IMG/VR virus record: IMGVR_UViG_3300021405_000008
DNA length: 33,988 bases
Source of the DNA: a virus
Lineage: Duplodnaviria > Heunggongvirae > Uroviricota > Caudoviricetes
Strand: one strand, 5' to 3'
Of this stretch, positions 1 through 7,603 are shown one piece after another (positions within the stretch are counted from its first letter, which is position 1; the number at the start of each line of letters is the position of its first letter). Made by a program: the position numbers and the translations under genes. A model generated the notes under the pieces. It searched no databases and was not told where the DNA came from. It saw only the letters and a program-made list of their open reading frames with translations.

Positions 1-40
1 CGAGGCGGTACATTGCATTCCTAACTTGCTGCTCGTTCAA

Positions 41-289
41 CTACTCCTTCTCCTTTGGGAGCATGCCCTGCCTTCTGAGGTCATCGCGTCGGGCCTCGAA
101 CTGCGCCATTACTGACGCCATTTCTTTGGTGTATCGATCGATATTGAGTGCCGGGTTACGGAGCGACTTCCACAGAACATGCTCGGCCAGTTCAAGATTG
201 AGCCGCTGCTGCTCCACCCTTCGGAATGCCACGACGGATATGGTGGTAACCTGGACAGACTGCTCCGCTTGTTTCTGCGCATCATCCAT
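41..289 (-). CDS. hypothetical protein (82 aa, helical)
   Basis: ORF with AGGAG RBS upstream, co-oriented with neighbours. Confidence 0.75.
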   Translation of the reverse strand: MDDAQKQAEQSVQVTTISVVAFRRVEQQRLNLELAEHVLWKSLRNPALNIDRYTKEMASVMAQFEARRDDLRRQGMLPKEKE

Positions 290-301
290 TAAGCTCTGCT
301 C

Positions 302-679
302 CTAGCAGGAAATGCACTCGCCAAGGTCGATGACGGGGACGGTCGGACTGGTCCCCGTGAGGTCAGTGATGCTCTTGATGAGGTAGAATGCGCCGACACC
401 AGGGTCGCCTTCGCCGGTGTCCTCGCTTCGCACGCAGACCTCAACCACAGCATGGTCCGAGTAGTCGAGCAGTCGCGCCCTGACGTCCTCGACATTCATG
501 AAGTTGGGCTGACTTGACTGCAGCTGGTCCCTGAGCTTGGCAAGTGCACCGAATGCTTCCTTGAGCGGAGTCCTGGTCTCGACGATGCTGCCTGTGTCGC
601 CCTCCTCGATGAGCAGCTCCATGCGGAGAGTCTGCTTCTTGAGTTCCTCAATCAGATCAAGTGTGCGGTTGCGATCCAT
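302..679 (-). CDS. hypothetical protein (125 aa)
   Basis: ORF, GGAGG RBS (AAGGGAGGAAACTC-ATG), GC3-rich codons. Confidence 0.8.
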   Translation of the reverse strand: MDRNRTLDLIEELKKQTLRMELLIEEGDTGSIVETRTPLKEAFGALAKLRDQLQSSQPNFMNVEDVRARLLDYSDHAVVEVCVRSEDTGEGDPGVGAFYLIKSITDLTGTSPTVPVIDLGECISC

Positions 680-1068
680 GAGTTTCCTCCCTTGTCTTCC
701 TTGTGGATGTGTGGAATGTCCCCGCCGACATCACAGAAGCATAGATCACCGGATGGCTCCGGCTTCTTGCAGATGTGATCGCTGATAGCGGCGAGGATTG
801 AATTGATGTTGTCGTCTGTGGGCGTCCACTTCTGGCATTCCGGATTAGGGCAAACCACGCATCCGTCGTAGTGTGTCCAGCCTACGTAGTCCGGCTTGGG
901 TACCATCTCGGTCATTGGTGCATAACCCTCGGCCTCGATGCACTCAATGGTAGCCGTGCCGAACTTCTCCGCGACCCTGCTTATGGCATATTCCATGTCA
1001 GCGTAATTTCCGCTGTCCTCGGGATATTCGATCCAGACATTCCCCTTTGGGTCTCTCAGGACTTTCAT
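652..1068 (-). CDS. hypothetical protein; N-terminal domain paralogous to 1070-1255, C-terminal Cys/His cluster (CPNPEC...HIC)
   Basis: ORF in coupled minus-strand string; motif DxxGxxW[IV]E[YF]PxxS shared with neighbour. Confidence 0.8.
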   Translation of the reverse strand: MKVLRDPKGNVWIEYPEDSGNYADMEYAISRVAEKFGTATIECIEAEGYAPMTEMVPKPDYVGWTHYDGCVVCPNPECQKWTPTDDNINSILAAISDHICKKPEPSGDLCFCDVGGDIPHIHKEDKGGNSWIATAHLI

Positions 1069-1069
1069 G

Positions 1070-1255
1070 TCATTCCATTTCTACTAGTGGACCGTAGTAC
1101 TCTGTGGCCTCTGGTAGTGCCATCGGCCTGCTCTTCTCTGCTAGTCTGCGGAGCACCTTCTCTTCCAGGCTATATAGCATCCTGCTGCCCGGCGGGAATT
1201 CGACCCATGGGTCTCCGTCCTTGTCCGCGAATATCCGGAAGTTTGGCATTTTCAC
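1070..1255 (-). CDS. hypothetical protein (61 aa)
   Basis: GTGA overlap with upstream gene; paralogous to N-terminus of 652-1068. Confidence 0.75.
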   Translation of the reverse strand: MKMPNFRIFADKDGDPWVEFPPGSRMLYSLEEKVLRRLAEKSRPMALPEATEYYGPLVEME

Positions 1256-1572
1256 TCTCCGTAGGGCGGGGTGGCAGTCCAGGATGTACCGGGCGGCGGG
1301 TAGTCCCGCCTGGAGCCTACCATGCCGGTATCGGCCAGGTCGCAGACACTCTGCAGCTCCTCGTCGGTCAGCCCCATTGACTCGCCATTGATCAGTAGTA
1401 GGCCATCGTCGGTGAACTCCAGGAACACCGCAACCTGGTTCGTCTCCGGGCGGAAGCCATGTGGTATTGCGATCCGCTCCACGAGGTAGGCGGCATATGG
1501 CGGTTCACTGCCGTGCCTGACCATAGTTACTCTGACCGGCTCCCGGACCGGCCACAATGGATATGTTGTCAT
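1252..1572 (-). CDS. hypothetical protein, paralog family A
   Basis: ATGA overlap, GGGAG RBS; WxxxEP...YLVER...NG motif shared with 2258-2677 and 12278-12592. Confidence 0.8.
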   Translation of the reverse strand: MTTYPLWPVREPVRVTMVRHGSEPPYAAYLVERIAIPHGFRPETNQVAVFLEFTDDGLLLINGESMGLTDEELQSVCDLADTGMVGSRRDYPPPGTSWTATPPYGE

Positions 1573-1901
1573 GTGACTCCCCTATTTGCCTGTAGTGTAG
1601 CGCCCACCCTGATGAAGCAGAGCGGGTCGAATTCCGCATCCCAATCGTGTTCCGGTAGTTCTATCGTGCTTCCCGGCGTGACACTCGTGCTTGCGGCGTG
1701 CATCCAAGTCACCAGGCACTCGGCCGCTACCTCGCCCGTGACATACATCTCCTCGTTGAAGAACATGATGTCAGTGTCGCCCGCATACCGTACTACGACC
1801 GCTTTGGAATGGTCGGTAGTCTCGAAGACCGCATGGTATTCACCCATAGTCGATCCGAGCGGTCGAATGTATTCCGCTTCGGTCATTACCCATTCGAACA
1901 C
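1569..1901 (-). CDS. hypothetical protein (110 aa)
   Basis: GTG start with GAGGAG RBS; stop overlaps next start. Confidence 0.75.
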   Translation of the reverse strand: MFEWVMTEAEYIRPLGSTMGEYHAVFETTDHSKAVVVRYAGDTDIMFFNEEMYVTGEVAAECLVTWMHAASTSVTPGSTIELPEHDWDAEFDPLCFIRVGATLQANRGVT

Positions 1902-1912
1902 TTATTGCTCCT

Positions 1913-2248
1913 CTAGTCGCATGGAGTTTCGAACAAACTACCCTGGAACTGAATTTCCTCCCCGCTATTGAGCCGGAGCCGGCAGGCCATGAGTGGCTCG
2001 TCGGTCCATACCCCGGTCCCCAGGTCATAGTGCCGGAAGTATCCGGGCACGATGAACGAGAAGCTTGTGATGGTGCCGAACTGATTGTGGTACTTCCCGT
2101 CATGAACGAAGTCGTTCGCGATGTACCCAGAGTCGCCGGGACGGTACGGGTAGCAGTTCGCCCTGCTGAGCGCGGGAGGCAGGAGTATTACGCCGAATTC
2201 ATTGACAGGCCAGATCGCTGCGGCCTCGGGGTTATCCTTTGCTAGCAT
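1913..2248 (-). CDS. hypothetical protein (111 aa)
   Basis: GGGAGG RBS, ORF in operon. Confidence 0.75.
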   Translation of the reverse strand: MLAKDNPEAAAIWPVNEFGVILLPPALSRANCYPYRPGDSGYIANDFVHDGKYHNQFGTITSFSFIVPGYFRHYDLGTGVWTDEPLMACRLRLNSGEEIQFQGSLFETPCD

Positions 2249-2257
2249 TTGTCCTCC

Positions 2258-2677
2258 CTAGTTAAGTGTGTGGTGCTCGTCATTGAATGGTGCTGAGTTC
2301 CAGCAGGTGCCTGGCTCGGGGTAGCCCGGGACAAGGTCTGCTTCCTCCAGCATGCTGGTGTAGCTCATGAAGTCGTCGCCGACGTCATATCGCTGCCCAT
2401 TGACGTACATCCTGCCGTCTTCCCGGAAGCTGAGCACGACCGCGACCGGAGCGTATGGTACATCTGGCCTGAATTCTGTGTCATGCGGGCCGTAGAAGCT
2501 CTGGTTGTGCTCGTACGGCTTCAGCAGGGCGAGACGCTCCACGAGGTAGGCTGTCATGCACCATGTATCGGCTGTGCTCGTCGGATCGGCTGTGCTTGAT
2601 GACTGAATGAGTGTAATCCGGACGGGCTCTCGAATGGCCCAGGACGGGTCAGGCATTTCGTTTCTGCTATTGGGCAT
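2258..2677 (-). CDS. hypothetical protein, paralog family A
   Basis: AGGAGGAG RBS; shared motifs with 1252-1572. Confidence 0.8.
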   Translation of the reverse strand: MPNSRNEMPDPSWAIREPVRITLIQSSSTADPTSTADTWCMTAYLVERLALLKPYEHNQSFYGPHDTEFRPDVPYAPVAVVLSFREDGRMYVNGQRYDVGDDFMSYTSMLEEADLVPGYPEPGTCWNSAPFNDEHHTLN

Positions 2678-2777
2678 TTCTTCTCCTCCTGTTACCCCTA
2701 GTATACGCGCGGTCGGGGCTGGATACTAGTCGTGTCTTACAAGATCTGGATCAATGCCCGGTATCCCAGGGCGGCCA

Positions 2778-2981
2778 TCATGCAGAAGAGAGCCATCGGT
2801 AATGTCGACATAGATCAGGCCATCGTCGCCGTACCGGATGAACCTGCCCGGCCTGCCTGCGGAGTTCGCGCTCTGTCTCCTCGATAATGCCGAGAGTAGT
2901 GCCAAAGCCGCCCCGGTACTTTCGCATGAGGGCGAGGGCGAGGGCGAGGGCGAGGGCGAGGGCATCGGCTTCTGCGATCAT
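2778..2981 (-). CDS. hypothetical protein with (AL)n repeat; possible frameshift into 2726-2965 frame
   Basis: ATG 2981 after CAGGAA; N-half codon usage good in this frame, C-half looks better in the +1 frame. Confidence 0.45.
   Translation of the reverse strand: MIAEADALALALALALALMRKYRGGFGTTLGIIEETERELRRQAGQVHPVRRRWPDLCRHYRWLSSA
2928..2963. repeat. (GAGGGC)6 perfect hexamer tandem repeat
   Basis: six consecutive GAGGGC units read directly. Confidence 0.95.
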
Positions 2982-2994
2982 TTCCTGATTTATT

Positions 2995-3249
2995 TCATTC
3001 CCCACGGCACATCTCCATGAACTCGGCGTGCCTGGCGAACAGGCCAAGACGTACCGTTGCCTCGGTGGAATCTATTGCCAGTTCAATGAAGTCGCGCTGG
3101 CTGTAGGTTGAGCAGCAGATTCCGCCGCCAGCAATATCCTCAGCTTCATGTAGGCTATTGGCGAACACTGTGGCCAGTGGGTAGCCATAAATCTGGTAGC
3201 CCATCTTCCAAGGGTAGCTGCCGTCAGGCGGGTCGGGCATCGTGAACAT
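2995..3249 (-). CDS. hypothetical protein (84 aa)
   Basis: TAATG coupling with upstream ORF. Confidence 0.7.
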   Translation of the reverse strand: MFTMPDPPDGSYPWKMGYQIYGYPLATVFANSLHEAEDIAGGGICCSTYSQRDFIELAIDSTEATVRLGLFARHAEFMEMCRGE

Positions 3250-3371
3250 TAGTCGACTTCTTCATCCTCATCGTCATCCATGATGTAAGTGTCGTCATCA
3301 TCGGGGTCACCGCATAGCGCGAGGTTGATCTGCTGTAGCGGGGTCATTTCCGAGAACCGCATCATTTTCAT
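3249..3371 (-). CDS. small acidic protein (40 aa, MKMMRFSEMTPLQQINLALCGDPDDDDTYIMDDDEDEEVD)
   Basis: manually translated; ATGA overlap upstream and TAATG downstream; not in ORF track. Confidence 0.65.
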   Translation of the reverse strand: MKMMRFSEMTPLQQINLALCGDPDDDDTYIMDDDEDEEVD

Positions 3372-3529
3372 GGCAGGAACCTCACAGATGTCGGGTCGAT
3401 AGCCGTGTTCCAGCCGTGTCCGCTGTGAAATGCGAACCCTCCGTCTGGCTCTTTATCTGGGTCAACCAGGTAGTCCTGGATGCGCTCTGCGGTCTCGTTG
3501 TCCACGTCCGCCTCAATGATGATCCTCAC
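3368..3529 (-). CDS. hypothetical protein (53 aa, MRIIIEADVDNETAERIQDYL...)
   Basis: manually translated; GTGA and ATGA overlaps at both ends. Confidence 0.7.
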   Translation of the reverse strand: MRIIIEADVDNETAERIQDYLVDPDKEPDGGFAFHSGHGWNTAIDPTSVRFLP

Positions 3530-3852
3530 GGCTCTGTGGTCAGCTCCGCTCCCCGGACGATGGAGAACTTCTCCTGCGGCGCGAACCGGTCGGTCACCAC
3601 GAAGAACAGCTCACGCAGGTCATCGTCGAATCCATCCCATCGGATGTCGAGCGTGCCGCTGAGGGAGATCTCGGCATAGGTCATAATGGCCTGCCCGGTG
3701 CCGAGGTAGGTAATCAGCAGTGGCTGAGATGAGATAATGCCGGGCCCTTCCAGCTTTGCTCCATTCTCCTCAACGCTGAAGAACCTGTCGTCGAGCTGAA
3801 TGATGATGTCGGCTCGGAAGCATGTGGGTGCGGGCGGGGTTGAGCTCGTCAT
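3526..3852 (-). CDS. hypothetical protein (108 aa)
   Basis: ATGA overlap, operon context. Confidence 0.7.
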   Translation of the reverse strand: MTSSTPPAPTCFRADIIIQLDDRFFSVEENGAKLEGPGIISSQPLLITYLGTGQAIMTYAEISLSGTLDIRWDGFDDDLRELFFVVTDRFAPQEKFSIVRGAELTTEP

Positions 3853-4064
3853 GATGGTCGGACCACCTCAGGGCAGAATACCGCGTGAGTTCCATCAGAC
3901 AGGGAAATCCTTGGCCACCAGGTCCTGCCTGGCGAACCACTTGGGCATTTGTGGTAAAGGATCTCGATAAGCTCCGTAACGGTACCGGTGCGCTGAGCAG
4001 TATTGAAACCCTGTACCGTTACCTTCTGGCTTGTGTAGAATTCAGATGGACGCTCTTCCATCAT
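3849..4064 (-). CDS. hypothetical protein (71 aa), first gene of a transcription unit
   Basis: CAGAGGAGAA RBS. Confidence 0.75.
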   Translation of the reverse strand: MMEERPSEFYTSQKVTVQGFNTAQRTGTVTELIEILYHKCPSGSPGRTWWPRISLSDGTHAVFCPEVVRPS

Positions 4065-4235
4065 TTCTCCTCTGGGACTGCGGGACTCGCGGTCGGGCCG
4101 CTAGCGGTAGCCTAGCGGAGATTCGCGCTGAACGGGAAGAATCGCGGGAATAATTCTCCTGCGGTGTGCAAGGCGACTGGGGTTTCGGGGTAGGTAGTTA
4201 GTTTCCGTCGCTAACCTTTATAAGGGGTCTACGAT

Positions 4236-4306
4236 GGCCGTAGGCGGCCGATCGGCTTTCCCGGGTACCTAGCGGCGTTCCGGGGGCCGATCGGCCGCCT
4301 ACGGCC
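4236..4306. terminator. perfect 21-bp inverted repeat (long hairpin); terminator or structured RNA
   Basis: GGCCGTAGGCGGCCGATCGGC (4236-4256) / GCCGATCGGCCGCCTACGGCC (4286-4306). Confidence 0.6.
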
Positions 4307-4330
4307 GCCCTCCGCCCCGTTCCAGCGGTA

Positions 4331-4360
4331 CCCCGCCCGGCGGCCGAGGGCCGGGCGGGG
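4331..4360. repeat. 11-bp GC hairpin, GCCCGG-core family member
   Basis: CCCCGCCCGGC/GCCGGGCGGGG; 15 nt (4335-4349) identical to 15607-15621. Confidence 0.75.
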
Positions 4361-4376
4361 GACCGGCGGCGGTGGC

Positions 4377-4589
4377 TCAGGGTGCATCTCGCTTCAGCCA
4401 CATGATATCGACTGGCCCGAGGAGTAGCTGGATCTTGAGGCTGGTGTTGGAGTATTGGATGTCCCGGGGAAATGGGATTTTGAAGTGCATGCCTGCGTCG
4501 AAGCGGCCAACCGCGAGGTAGCAGCCCTTCCTGCCTATGCTGAGGATGAGGTCGGTGGCCTCTGTCCTGCCGTGGTGTGATAGTCTCAT
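4377..4589 (-). CDS. hypothetical protein (70 aa)
   Basis: ATGA overlap with upstream ORF. Confidence 0.65.
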   Translation of the reverse strand: MRLSHHGRTEATDLILSIGRKGCYLAVGRFDAGMHFKIPFPRDIQYSNTSLKIQLLLGPVDIMWLKRDAP

Positions 4590-4729
4590 GCTGATCTCGT
4601 TATCCTGGTGAGGAGCAGGGCGAGGTAGAGCGCGACCCCGAAGACCACTTCCCGCCAGTTGTACATGCGATTCATGATGGCGATAATGCCCGCCATCAGC
4701 AGGATCTGCCTAATCAGTTTTGGTGGCAT
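4586..4729 (-). CDS. small membrane protein (47 aa)
   Basis: manually translated MPPKLIRQILLMAGIIAIM...VVFGVALYLALLLT; two hydrophobic stretches. Confidence 0.6.
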   Translation of the reverse strand: MPPKLIRQILLMAGIIAIMNRMYNWREVVFGVALYLALLLTRITRSA

Positions 4730-4997
4730 TGTCCGGGGTTTCCTTTTTCCACATCCAGAATGACTTGAGATCTTCCTGCACGTGCCGCTGACTCACGAGC
4801 TGCGCTATGATGAACTTCCCATCTTTGGTGGTGCTGAGTTCGAACTCCTCCCCAGACTTGTTGAGCGTGGGGTCTGTGACTGCGTCCCTGACATCCCGCC
4901 AGGTCGCGGCGAGGATCTGAACTGAATTACCATTGATCGGGAAGCAGGTCGGGCAGAAGCAGCCGCCCGGGTGGATTTCTCTTGGCTGGCTGTTCAT
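4710..4997 (-). CDS. hypothetical protein with N-terminal CxCxxC
   Basis: ATGA overlap; GGCFCPTC motif. Confidence 0.7.
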   Translation of the reverse strand: MNSQPREIHPGGCFCPTCFPINGNSVQILAATWRDVRDAVTDPTLNKSGEEFELSTTKDGKFIIAQLVSQRHVQEDLKSFWMWKKETPDNATKTD

Positions 4998-5149
4998 GGC
5001 AGGAACACCCCGAATAGGATGACATGCCTCGGACCACTGAACGCGCGGTAGTGGCGGCGATATGCCGGGGATGTAGCCACTATCTGCAGCAGAGTGAATC
5101 TCTGGGTCTCCCAGTGGAGTATCTGACCCTGGTTATCGCGCCAGCTCAC
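4994..5149 (-). CDS. hypothetical protein (51 aa)
   Basis: manually translated; GTGA and ATGA overlaps. Confidence 0.55.
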   Translation of the reverse strand: MSWRDNQGQILHWETQRFTLLQIVATSPAYRRHYRAFSGPRHVILFGVFLP

Positions 5150-5607
5150 TTGATCACCATGACCATTCCGTGTACCGAGCAGTAGTGCGTTGTGCCTACT
5201 TCCAGCTCGTCCTCTGTGTCCAGCTCGTGCCCGCAGTCGAGCTTGTTGACGACGTTGTTCTCGGTCTGCCCGGGGGCGAGCATCGGGTTGATGATGGGCT
5301 CCCAGAGTATTGGATTCCGACCTTCCTGGCCTAGAGCCAGCATCTGATCGATTCTGCCACGGAGAAGCTTGAAGTGACTGCCCCAGTTGATGAGCTTATT
5401 GTTGACCGTGAGGTGGCCGGTGCTGTCATCCGTGTCGAGGATGGCGGCAAAGGTGGAGGACTCGTCTACCGCCAGTACTGTGTCCTGGTTGATGAGTGTG
5501 AGCCAGAGTTCCTCGGTGAGCAGCCAGTCGTAGCCGGAGGCTGTGGGGGATTCCTGGATGTACCAGAATGCCTTGAGGTGGGAGTCTTCTGGCTCGTTGC
5601 TGCTCAT
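5146..5607 (-). CDS. hypothetical protein with C-terminal CxH...CxxH zinc-ribbon-like motif
   Basis: start reassigned to ATG 5607 (ATGA overlap, AAAGGGA RBS); LDCGH...YCSVHG. Confidence 0.75.
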   Translation of the reverse strand: MSSNEPEDSHLKAFWYIQESPTASGYDWLLTEELWLTLINQDTVLAVDESSTFAAILDTDDSTGHLTVNNKLINWGSHFKLLRGRIDQMLALGQEGRNPILWEPIINPMLAPGQTENNVVNKLDCGHELDTEDELEVGTTHYCSVHGMVMVIK

Positions 5608-5825
5608 GGGTGATCCCTTTCTGTGAGTTCGTATGTGTCGCCCTGCGGGAAGATGCCGAGCACGAGGTCGCCGTCTGGGAGCCTGACCCAGACCCACTGG
5701 CTGCGGCCGTCTGGGTCGCTGACTGATGATGATAGCACTTCTGAGACGGATTCGCTGGAGGCGGTCTTGATGGTGTAGTATTGCTCTTCATCCGTGAGTT
5801 TGTAGGTTTTGTCGGGGACTTTCAT
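5604..5825 (-). CDS. hypothetical protein (73 aa)
   Basis: ATGA overlaps at both ends. Confidence 0.75.
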   Translation of the reverse strand: MKVPDKTYKLTDEEQYYTIKTASSESVSEVLSSSVSDPDGRSQWVWVRLPDGDLVLGIFPQGDTYELTERDHP

Positions 5826-6121
5826 GTCCTGTTCATCCTAGTCTGGATTTCTTCGAGGAGATCAGCGTCTGTTAGCTGGTATCCAAATCTCCTCTTTATC
5901 TGATCTGGGGTGAGCCTACGACGGAGTTCCTCCACTAGGTTGTCCGTGTCGACGTTCTCCAGTCCGAGGAACTCATCGATCTGGAAGACCGCGAACGGGG
6001 CGGTATTGAGTCTGCTGTTCTCGCTGCCGACGCCGGGGAGATATCCGCTGGTACGAACCTCGGCTGCTATGTTTCCGTTTGTTCTTTTCCGGAGCTGAAT
6101 GTACATGAATCCTGCACTCAT
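5822..6121 (-). CDS. hypothetical protein (99 aa)
   Basis: start reassigned to ATG 6121 (ATGA overlap). Confidence 0.7.
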   Translation of the reverse strand: MSAGFMYIQLRKRTNGNIAAEVRTSGYLPGVGSENSRLNTAPFAVFQIDEFLGLENVDTDNLVEELRRRLTPDQIKRRFGYQLTDADLLEEIQTRMNRT

Positions 6122-6351
6122 GACTGGGTCTGCCTTTCTGTGTGCTGGTAATGGTCGAATTGAATCTGAAGAATGGCCATCTTGTTCTGCCAATCTACTG
6201 TGTGCATGATCCCCCTGGACTTCTCGGCGTTGTAGGTGGCCAGCCTGCTGAACTCAATGCCGGTCAGCCCGTGGTAATTGTCCTGGGGTTCGAACAGCTT
6301 CTGGATCCGCCGCTGGTCCCTGTCTGCCCTGATCTGCCTCGGTGATCTCAT
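6118..6351 (-). CDS. hypothetical protein (77 aa)
   Basis: ATGA overlaps, GGGGAG RBS. Confidence 0.75.
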   Translation of the reverse strand: MRSPRQIRADRDQRRIQKLFEPQDNYHGLTGIEFSRLATYNAEKSRGIMHTVDWQNKMAILQIQFDHYQHTERQTQS

Positions 6352-6659
6352 GCCTGCTCCCCTAGGTAACGCACAAATTCGGGCTTGTAGCTCATGCTGT
6401 CGTCGCTGTAGCTATTGTTTTCCATGCCTAGCTCAAATCTGAACGGGCCGACTTCAACTCCGGACTCGACCTTGCCGCCAAGGACATAAAGCATGACAAT
6501 GCCGCCGTCGGGGTAGGCGGCGATTGTATTGCTACGGCCGTCCCGGGCAATGGCTCTGAACTCCATGCCGTATCTGTACCATGGCTGAGTCTCAGCAATC
6601 TGCCTCGTGATAGCGTCGCACTGGACACCGCCCCTGTTTGCGCTTGCTCCGTCTGCCAT
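6348..6659 (-). CDS. hypothetical protein (103 aa)
   Basis: start reassigned to ATG 6659 after AGGAG RBS. Confidence 0.7.
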   Translation of the reverse strand: MADGASANRGGVQCDAITRQIAETQPWYRYGMEFRAIARDGRSNTIAAYPDGGIVMLYVLGGKVESGVEVGPFRFELGMENNSYSDDSMSYKPEFVRYLGEQA

Positions 6660-6661
6660 TA

Positions 6662-6862
6662 TTATTCTCCTGTTCTGATAGACATTGGGATACCTGTATT
6701 GATGGGACTGGGCGGCCAACGCTTATGCTGACGCTTTGCGTATGCCTTTGCTATTGCTATGGATACTGCTTCTGGATTAAGGTCCGTAATCTTTGTGTCT
6801 GGGTCGGATAGCTCCTCTGCGATAGCATTGTACTCGTCGGAGCCCGGGGAGTGTTCTCTCAT
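6662..6862 (-). CDS. hypothetical protein (66 aa)
   Basis: start reassigned to ATG 6862 (ATGA overlap). Confidence 0.65.
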   Translation of the reverse strand: MREHSPGSDEYNAIAEELSDPDTKITDLNPEAVSIAIAKAYAKRQHKRWPPSPINTGIPMSIRTGE

Positions 6863-7119
6863 ATGGGCTTCTTGCCCTGGGTGAGTTTGGACCATTCCTC
6901 GTGGGTGAGCATGCGGGCGGGTCCTTCCACTTCAGCGTAGCCGCCGTAGGAGTCAAGTCTCATATCCTTGTGCCTTAGGGCGTACTCGGGTGCGTGGAAG
7001 ATGATCTTCCGGTAGCCTGCTCCCTGAACAATTGTGCCCTCGTAGACGGCAGGGAGCATGGCCGTGTTGCCGTGCTCGTCGGCGGGTAGCTCGATGTAGA
7101 ATTTTGGCTGTGTTTCCAT
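6859..7119 (-). CDS. hypothetical protein (86 aa)
   Basis: AGGAGG RBS. Confidence 0.75.
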   Translation of the reverse strand: METQPKFYIELPADEHGNTAMLPAVYEGTIVQGAGYRKIIFHAPEYALRHKDMRLDSYGGYAEVEGPARMLTHEEWSKLTQGKKPI

Positions 7120-7120
7120 G

Positions 7121-7312
7121 CTAGTACCTCCTGGGCACGATGTTGTGCCTGTTTACCATGACCCCTAGGCTGACGCCGCAGGGGATCCACTGGATGTTGT
7201 ATGTTGGAGGGTTTTCTTCCGTGTTTACTTTTGATATGCGGCCCTTGATCCTGCGCCCCCAGGATATGGTGCTGACTGGGTTGCCGACCTTGTGTTGCAC
7301 TTCGTCTACCAA
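7121..7312 (-). CDS. hypothetical protein (63 aa)
   Basis: fills gap in operon; TTG start overlapping upstream stop region. Confidence 0.6.
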   Translation of the reverse strand: MVDEVQHKVGNPVSTISWGRRIKGRISKVNTEENPPTYNIQWIPCGVSLGVMVNRHNIVPRRY

Positions 7313-7491
7313 CGGACTTCGCCTATCGGGATGAAGTGCCGGAGGTTATCGGGCAGGCGTGTCTCGTCCAGGATCTGCCAGTGCCAGTAGTCGGGCTCTG
7401 GCAGCAGCTCGCGGCCGAGGATGCCCTGCTCGACCAGATCCTGAATCTGCTCGAAATCTCGCCGCCGTGCTGATTTATCGTTGTCTGCCAT
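7306..7491 (-). CDS. hypothetical protein (61 aa)
   Basis: GGAAGGAAG RBS-like sequence upstream. Confidence 0.7.
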   Translation of the reverse strand: MADNDKSARRRDFEQIQDLVEQGILGRELLPEPDYWHWQILDETRLPDNLRHFIPIGEVRW

Positions 7492-7561
7492 CTTGGATCT
7501 GCGCTTCCTTCCGTGTGTACACTCTCGTGTGCTCTACCGCGTGCGCTCGGGAACCCCGATA

Positions 7562-7597
7562 CGCCCGCTACCCCCGATACGCCTGGGGGTGCGGGCG
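7562..7597 (-). terminator. GC hairpin just downstream of DUF3631-like gene
   Basis: CGCCCGC...CCCCC / GGGGG..GCGGGCG pairing; no clear U tract. Confidence 0.4.
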
Positions 7598-7603
7598 GGG
7601 TCT

